Shown piece after piece: positions 58,480 to 64,000 of a DNA stretch of 64,000 bases. Position numbers and translations under genes: made by a program. Where the stretch lies: positions 496,001-560,000 of the forward strand of contig CBFDEM010000062.1 in the NCBI GenBank assembly GCA_965603825.1, given 5' to 3'. This stretch comes from Blepharisma stoltei ATCC 30299. Its lineage: Eukaryota > Protista > Ciliophora. How positions within the stretch are numbered: position 1 is the first letter of the stretch; every line of letters begins with the position of its first letter. Under the pieces are notes generated by a model. That model saw only the letters and a program-made list of their open reading frames with translations, was not told where the DNA came from and ran no database searches.

Positions 58480-59589
58480 AGATGTTGATAAAAAAATAAG
58501 TATCAAGGAAATGAATAATTACCATATTGAAATGATTACGATTGAAAGTTTACTACGAATAAGTTTTTATAAATAATTAATTTGGATATTTCAGAAACTA
58601 ATCCATAATTCTTCTTGAAATTATTTTAAATTTTATTCGAAGTTTTCAAGCATTGAATTTGGAAAATCATTAATATTTGCAATTCTAGGAAGCTCAAGCT
58701 TATTAACTTGTCTTCATAATAAGTAATATAAGTATTAGTGTTATTGATGACTGGCAAAATTCGTTTATTTTTGGTTTTAAGTTAATTTAATTTTAAAATT
58801 ACGTCATTTACTTTATTATGGCTTTATAAAAAAAGCATCTTTAAATAATGTATTTCTGTCATTTTAAGTATAAAATATTGGTAAGAAAATAAAAGTTGAG
58901 CTTTGAATTTTATCAATGTTATAGTAAATTAGATTAATAAAAGAATTCCTCAAGAACGTCAGAATATTTAACAATTCGCTTGAAACTTTTTCAAATATTC
59001 CTAAATTCGCAGATAAATATCGAAGTTGAAGCAAGAAAGAGAGTGCATAGCTGAAATCAAAGTTCTTTATATTTTAATTAAAATTTTAAAGTATTTTCTG
59101 TCGAAGTTATAAATTATTACACTTTTCAATTTTATTCATTTATCTAGTTTGAGAGTATTTAATGGAAGAAACTGAAATTAAAAAACCAAAAATTTTTATG
59201 ATCTTGGCTGTGGCCGTACAGAAGGATAGGTTTAGAGTCTCAATTAATAATTTAGATCAAAAAAACTCTTTACTTTCTATTTCTTATTGGCTTTTCTCTA
59301 ATGCTAATTTTAGAATTCGTTAGTTCAAAATTATTAACTGAGCCTCAGATATTAAAATTGGTATTTTAGATACTTACATATATTTTCCTCTCCTTTATAT
59401 AATTATGAAAAATTGCAGCAGGGATAAAATTGACTCAGGAATGATGGAGTATTTATTATTCATTATTTCAATACAATTATAAACCTCAATTAAATGGCTC
59501 ATAGTTTGCTTTCTCAGCCTGGCTCTAATAAGTCCTAATTACTTTTTAAGTTAAGCTCATTTGTTGCTAATATATGGTTTCTAATAAAA

Positions 59590-60966
59590 ATGCAGTCCAT
59601 ATTTGCTCAAACAGCTTACTCTTCAGATGAATTTTGGCTTCCTTATAATCAGGTTTGTTTATCGGTTTTATGTGAAGGCAGCCTAATTGAGATCACAGAA
59701 GAGGGTCCTAAGCAGAGTTACTATATTCTCAATGAAAATTCTCTCCTAAAGCTAAATAAAAACTCAGTCCTTGTTGAAGAGATGGCAGTGGTAAAATGGA
59801 AGAAAATTTCGAGATTCGTTGAATGCATTGAAAGTTACTGCTTTGGATTTAAATTGGTGGGCAAATCAACTCACAGGACCTTTTATGTAGAAAATCAATA
59901 TGAACTTGATAAGTGAGTTTTAAATCTCTCTTTTGTAGGAATTATGGAAAATATCAGTGCGGATTATTTTTTTGTCGAGGAACTAGGCAAAGGGTCTTTT
60001 TCTAGAGTGTTTTTAGCTGTTGAGAACACCTCACAGAAAAAGTTTGCTATAAAATGTATACAAAAAAAAGACTTATTAAGAAGGAAAAATGGTTTAAGTC
60101 ACATAATAAATGAGATCGAAATTGTTCGAAAGCTTGATCATCCAAATATCATCAAACTCCATAAAGTTTATGAAGACATTGATTACGTTTACTTAGTTTT
60201 AGACTATATTGAAGGCAAAGATCTTCATAAACGGTTACAGACAAAAAACTATTCTGAAGAGGCAGCATTTTTTTTTGTGCAAAAGCTATTAAAAACTGTT
60301 GATTATTTGAGCTCACATAATATAATTCACAGAGACATAAAGCCAGAAAATTTGATTCTTGAAAGCATGGATAATGATATTGAATTTAAATTAGCCGATT
60401 TCGGCTTAGCAATAGAAGGAAGTAAAAACATTGAAGGGAAGTGTGGATCGCTTGGGTTTGTAGCACCCGAAATACTCAAAGAACAAAAATATAGCTCAAA
60501 TGTAGATGTCTTCAGTTGCGGAATTGTATATTATACTTTGATTGCTGGGCATACCCCGTTTAAAGGAAAAAATCATAAAGAAATCTACTTTAATAATGCG
60601 AAGTGCAATATAAATTTTAAAGAAAAATGCTGAGCAAAAATTTCTATTGCAGTTATAGATACAATTCAAGTGATGACAAAAGCAGACCCTCATTTAAGGC
60701 CTTCTGCAAAGAAGGTCTTGAGAAATAATTTATTCAAAACTGTTACGAATTCCCAAGAAAGCATTGATGATTCATTAAATAATGAACGGGCTCAAGAAAA
60801 TTTAGGCGAGAACAAATGAATTTTAGAGAAGATGGCAGAGAGAAATTACCAATATATGTACAATCAAGATCAAATTTACTTGATGCACTATTTGTCTGTC
60901 ATGTTTATATGAAATACATATTGACTATATCGCAATCAATATTTAAATAATTTTTATCCGATTTAA
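59590..60966 (+). CDS. PH-like domain plus CAMK-type Ser/Thr protein kinase; TGA=Trp codons (3' end uncertain)
   Basis: ELDK(W)V is a PH terminal helix with TGA 59914. Kinase motifs GKGSFSRV, AIK, HRDIKPEN, ADFG, APE, DVFSCG, then (W)AKIS..DP..RPSA via TGA 60631. First TAA is at 60964-60966. Confidence 0.85.
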
Positions 60967-61175
60967 AGTAAATTTGTAATTTGATAAAAATTAATCTCAA
61001 TACTTAATTAATAATATTTAATAAAAAATAAAAATAATACATAGAACGCCCTAACACCCTATCATTAGAAATAAGAGCTCAATGATAGAGTAGTTTTTAT
61101 TTAAGATAATTAAGTTGCTAATTAGAATAATAGTAAGTTTTATCCTAGTTAAATTTTATAATTTGCTTATATTGA

Positions 61176-62849
61176 ATGTCAGTAATTCCAGAAGATTATA
61201 ATGCAAGGTCTATACTGAGCTTCTCAGGCACACAAAACAAAATAAAAAATAATGAAAATCTCTCAACAAACGATTTCAATGCTACATATACAGATGGATT
61301 CAAAGAAACTAAAGCTTCTTTAATCGAAATTATACAATTGACCCTTTCAGAGTTAAACCACCATAAAAGATTGCAGTCTATAAATGTAGCTAAGCAAATA
61401 AGTGATTTGGAAGAGAATTTATTATGTACAATATCTCGAGTTAATACTCAGGTAAATTATTGTAAAGCGCTTTTACAAGAAATTATTTTAATAGAGAGCC
61501 CTCAAGAAATCAATACATCATTTCAAGCACTCTTATCTAAATCACCTGAAGAAGCAATTTCCAATGTTAGAAATCAATTTTTAGCCAAAATTTATCAAAT
61601 ACTTCCTAATGAATCAAAAAGAGCGCTTGAGTTAAAATACAACCCATACTATGAAACTCTAGAGAAAAAGGAGCTTGAAAATCTAAAATCTAAGCTCAAA
61701 AATACTTTAGAATGCGAAAAACATTTAGATACCATAGTTCTTCAAAGCCGCTTCTGTAAAACAATGTCTTATTGTGATGATATTGAAGAAGCAAGAAAAA
61801 AAGTTGAGAACTTTAAATATGAGCTAGAAAACTCTTATTATGAGCTAGCTTCCTCAGGCCAAAATAATGCAAATTTGAAGCACCTTTATGAGTCAAATAG
61901 TGAAATGAAAGATCTTTACCACAATTGTGCAAAAATCTGTAAAGAGATTTCCAAAAAATGCGATTTAACGTTGGAAAATCTGAGTCAAAAAGAAAAAGAA
62001 TGCAAATTGTATCATGATAAAAACATCTATTTAATTGAAAACTATCCATATGATGACAACGAAATTCAAACAAAACTAGTGATTTTTGACACAGAATCTT
62101 TACAAATAAATTATAAAGCTATTAAAACTCCAGAAGCCTTGTCAGATGGAACTTGCATAGCACAACTACCAAACAATGAATTATTCTGCTATGGAAATTA
62201 TAGCCCTCTTTCAGGAGTTACAATCACTATTAATACTAAAGACTTATCATTCCAATCACTCAAAATTGGAATTCCTTGCTGTTCATCTGGCTGCACATAT
62301 TATCAAAATTCAGTTTATGCTTTTGGAGGAAATATTTCTGAAGAAAATTATTTAAACCAAACAAGAAAATATGATTTTTCTGAAGACCAATGGATCGAAC
62401 TGTCTTCAATGCCCATTGCATCTGATGGGTGCTCTTGCATTCCTTTTAGAGAATCCATTTTAGTATCCGGCTGAAATCACTCAAAAGTATATCGATATGA
62501 TATTAATGGAGATATTTATTCAGAAATTCTGAATATCAGTGCCGAAAAAGATAAAATTGTATTTACAGGAAATTCTAGAGCTTATATTGTAGAACAAGAA
62601 GGAAGTATTTATGAAAGTGAAACTAACGATGAAAATATTTGGTACAGAATTGGCAACTCTAGTACAGGGTTTGCGCTTCAAAGTTATAGAACTTATTGCA
62701 ATGGCTCAATATTAATTGGGATGATAGATGATGAAGAAGACGAAGACTGAGATGAATATTATTGCTTTTACACATTTAACTTGAAAAGTAAGACACTAGA
62801 CAAAATAGAAGAAATTTGTCCCATAGATAATTATTATCGTAACAGTTAA
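61176..62849 (+). CDS. Coiled-coil plus Kelch-like beta-propeller protein; 2 TGA=Trp codons
   Basis: LPNNELFCYG, YYQNSVYAFGG..KYDFSEDQWIELSSMP, ILVSG(W)NHSKVYRYD; frame runs to TAA 62847-62849. Confidence 0.8.
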
Positions 62850-62880
62850 AATTTTTTAATCCTCAAGCTTTTATAATTAA

Positions 62881-64000
62881 TTAAAAAGAAATGAGAATAA
62901 ACGAAGTTGCCAAAGCTACCAAAGAGGCATTATCAGTATTTCCACCATTGTTATAATTTTCTTCTGCTTTTAAATAATATGGGAAAAAAGTATTAAGAAC
63001 GCAATCTTCTGAGTTGAACGCAGCCACATACATAATTGCATATATATATCTATAAAGTAATATTGAATAGGGCTTTGAGCCATAATATTCATAAGCGCAT
63101 TGAATCTTGCTATTCACAAAAGTCGGATTTCTCCAATAAGTGTGACATTTTTCAATTGCTGCACTATTTTGCCAGTTTTGAATCTCAGTTAATAGTGCAG
63201 CCTGTGGGCTATCCCCTGGTTGAAGGCCACAGTAGGAATCTCCGTTTTTATTCCAAGCACAATTGCAGATAGTATAAATTTCTGCCCCTGTTGATGTATC
63301 TACTTTTGATTCACAGCCTGCTGTGGAGTTATAAGCATAAGTGCATTGCACAGGAATCTGGCCATTTGAGACTATTGGTCCAGTGCAAAGGAATTTTCCT
63401 TCGTTGTTTTTGGCGCATTTTGTTGAGGAACAGACATTGGAGTTCACAGTGCAAGTTTCTTCTGAAATTTCTGTCCCTGAGGCTAGTGATCCGTATTTAA
63501 TGCATGTATTCTTTGTTGGGTCATTAGTTGAGCTTATATTGCACCCACCATTATAAGTGCAATCATACTGCTCTAAACAGCCTGTTTCTCCAATTCCTAT
63601 TAAAGGTGCGCATTGCATCACTCCGTCTATGCTTTGGCATGACGCACCTGGGTTGCATTGAAGACTGGAAGTGCAGGTTTTACCAAGTCCATCTCCTTGG
63701 CATCTTCCTTTTTTACAAGATATAGAAGAGTCCCAATAGCAGTTTCCTAAGTCAGAGCATTCGTCCCCAGGCAATGATATTTCAACTGGTGGATTATTAC
63801 TGCAAGTCCTATTTGACAATAATTGAGTTGTGAAACAAGTATCTGCACTATTCTTGCAAGGCTTAGAATAAATAACTTGATCTTCTGGGTTGAAATATCC
63901 ACATGTTTCGCTTGTAAATTTTTGGGTTTCTGTTTTACAAGTATATTTACTGCATGTGTCTATATCTTTTAAAGGTTCAACTAGTTCAGGGAAAATTCTT
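62881..64000 (-). CDS. Cys-rich secreted/surface protein with a GPI-signal-like C-terminus (5' end outside window)
   Basis: Frame open to the window edge; many Cys; ends DNASLVALATSFILISF. Confidence 0.8.
   Translation of the reverse strand, partial: RIFPELVEPLKDIDTCSKYTCKTETQKFTSETCGYFNPEDQVIYSKPCKNSADTCFTTQLLSNRTCSNNPPVEISLPGDECSDLGNCYWDSSISCKKGRCQGDGLGKTCTSSLQCNPGASCQSIDGVMQCAPLIGIGETGCLEQYDCTYNGGCNISSTNDPTKNTCIKYGSLASGTEISEETCTVNSNVCSSTKCAKNNEGKFLCTGPIVSNGQIPVQCTYAYNSTAGCESKVDTSTGAEIYTICNCAWNKNGDSYCGLQPGDSPQAALLTEIQNWQNSAAIEKCHTYWRNPTFVNSKIQCAYEYYGSKPYSILLYRYIYAIMYVAAFNSEDCVLNTFFPYYLKAEENYNNGGNTDNASLVALATSFILISF

Noticed and set aside
1-64000. Prokaryotic systems (CRISPR, operons, IS elements), transposases, rRNA, spliceosomal snRNAs
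   Set aside because: Sequence is eukaryotic; no repeat-spacer arrays, transposase motifs or U1/U2/U5/U6 signature sequences were seen by eye

Overview
Gene-dense, AT-rich eukaryotic DNA that looks like the macronuclear genome of a heterotrich ciliate, most likely Blepharisma (inference). In-frame TGA sits at conserved Trp positions while TAA/TAG end genes, and five 15-nt GTA...TAG introns are present. The supplied standard-code ORF track therefore fragments many genes. Re-read with UGA=Trp, the window holds about 31 protein genes plus an intron-containing tRNA-Tyr. The genes include a P4-ATPase, Asp aminotransferase, TTLL6/13-type glutamylase, CFAP410, CFAP47, Nuf2, CNNM, thioesterase, ADP/ATP carrier, HUWE1/Tom1-like HECT ligase, V-ATPase D, kinesin-8, CCP5, an SDHAF1-like LYR protein, an amino-acid transporter, M20 amidohydrolase, PH-kinase, Kelch protein and a Cys-rich surface protein. 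Two fusion genes appear only after recoding. One joins an importin-beta-N-like helical domain to a divergent histone H2A (56393-57142). The other joins a 7TM GPCR-like domain to a PIP kinase (42313-44313, three tiny introns). All assignments come from motif recognition by eye; no searches were run.
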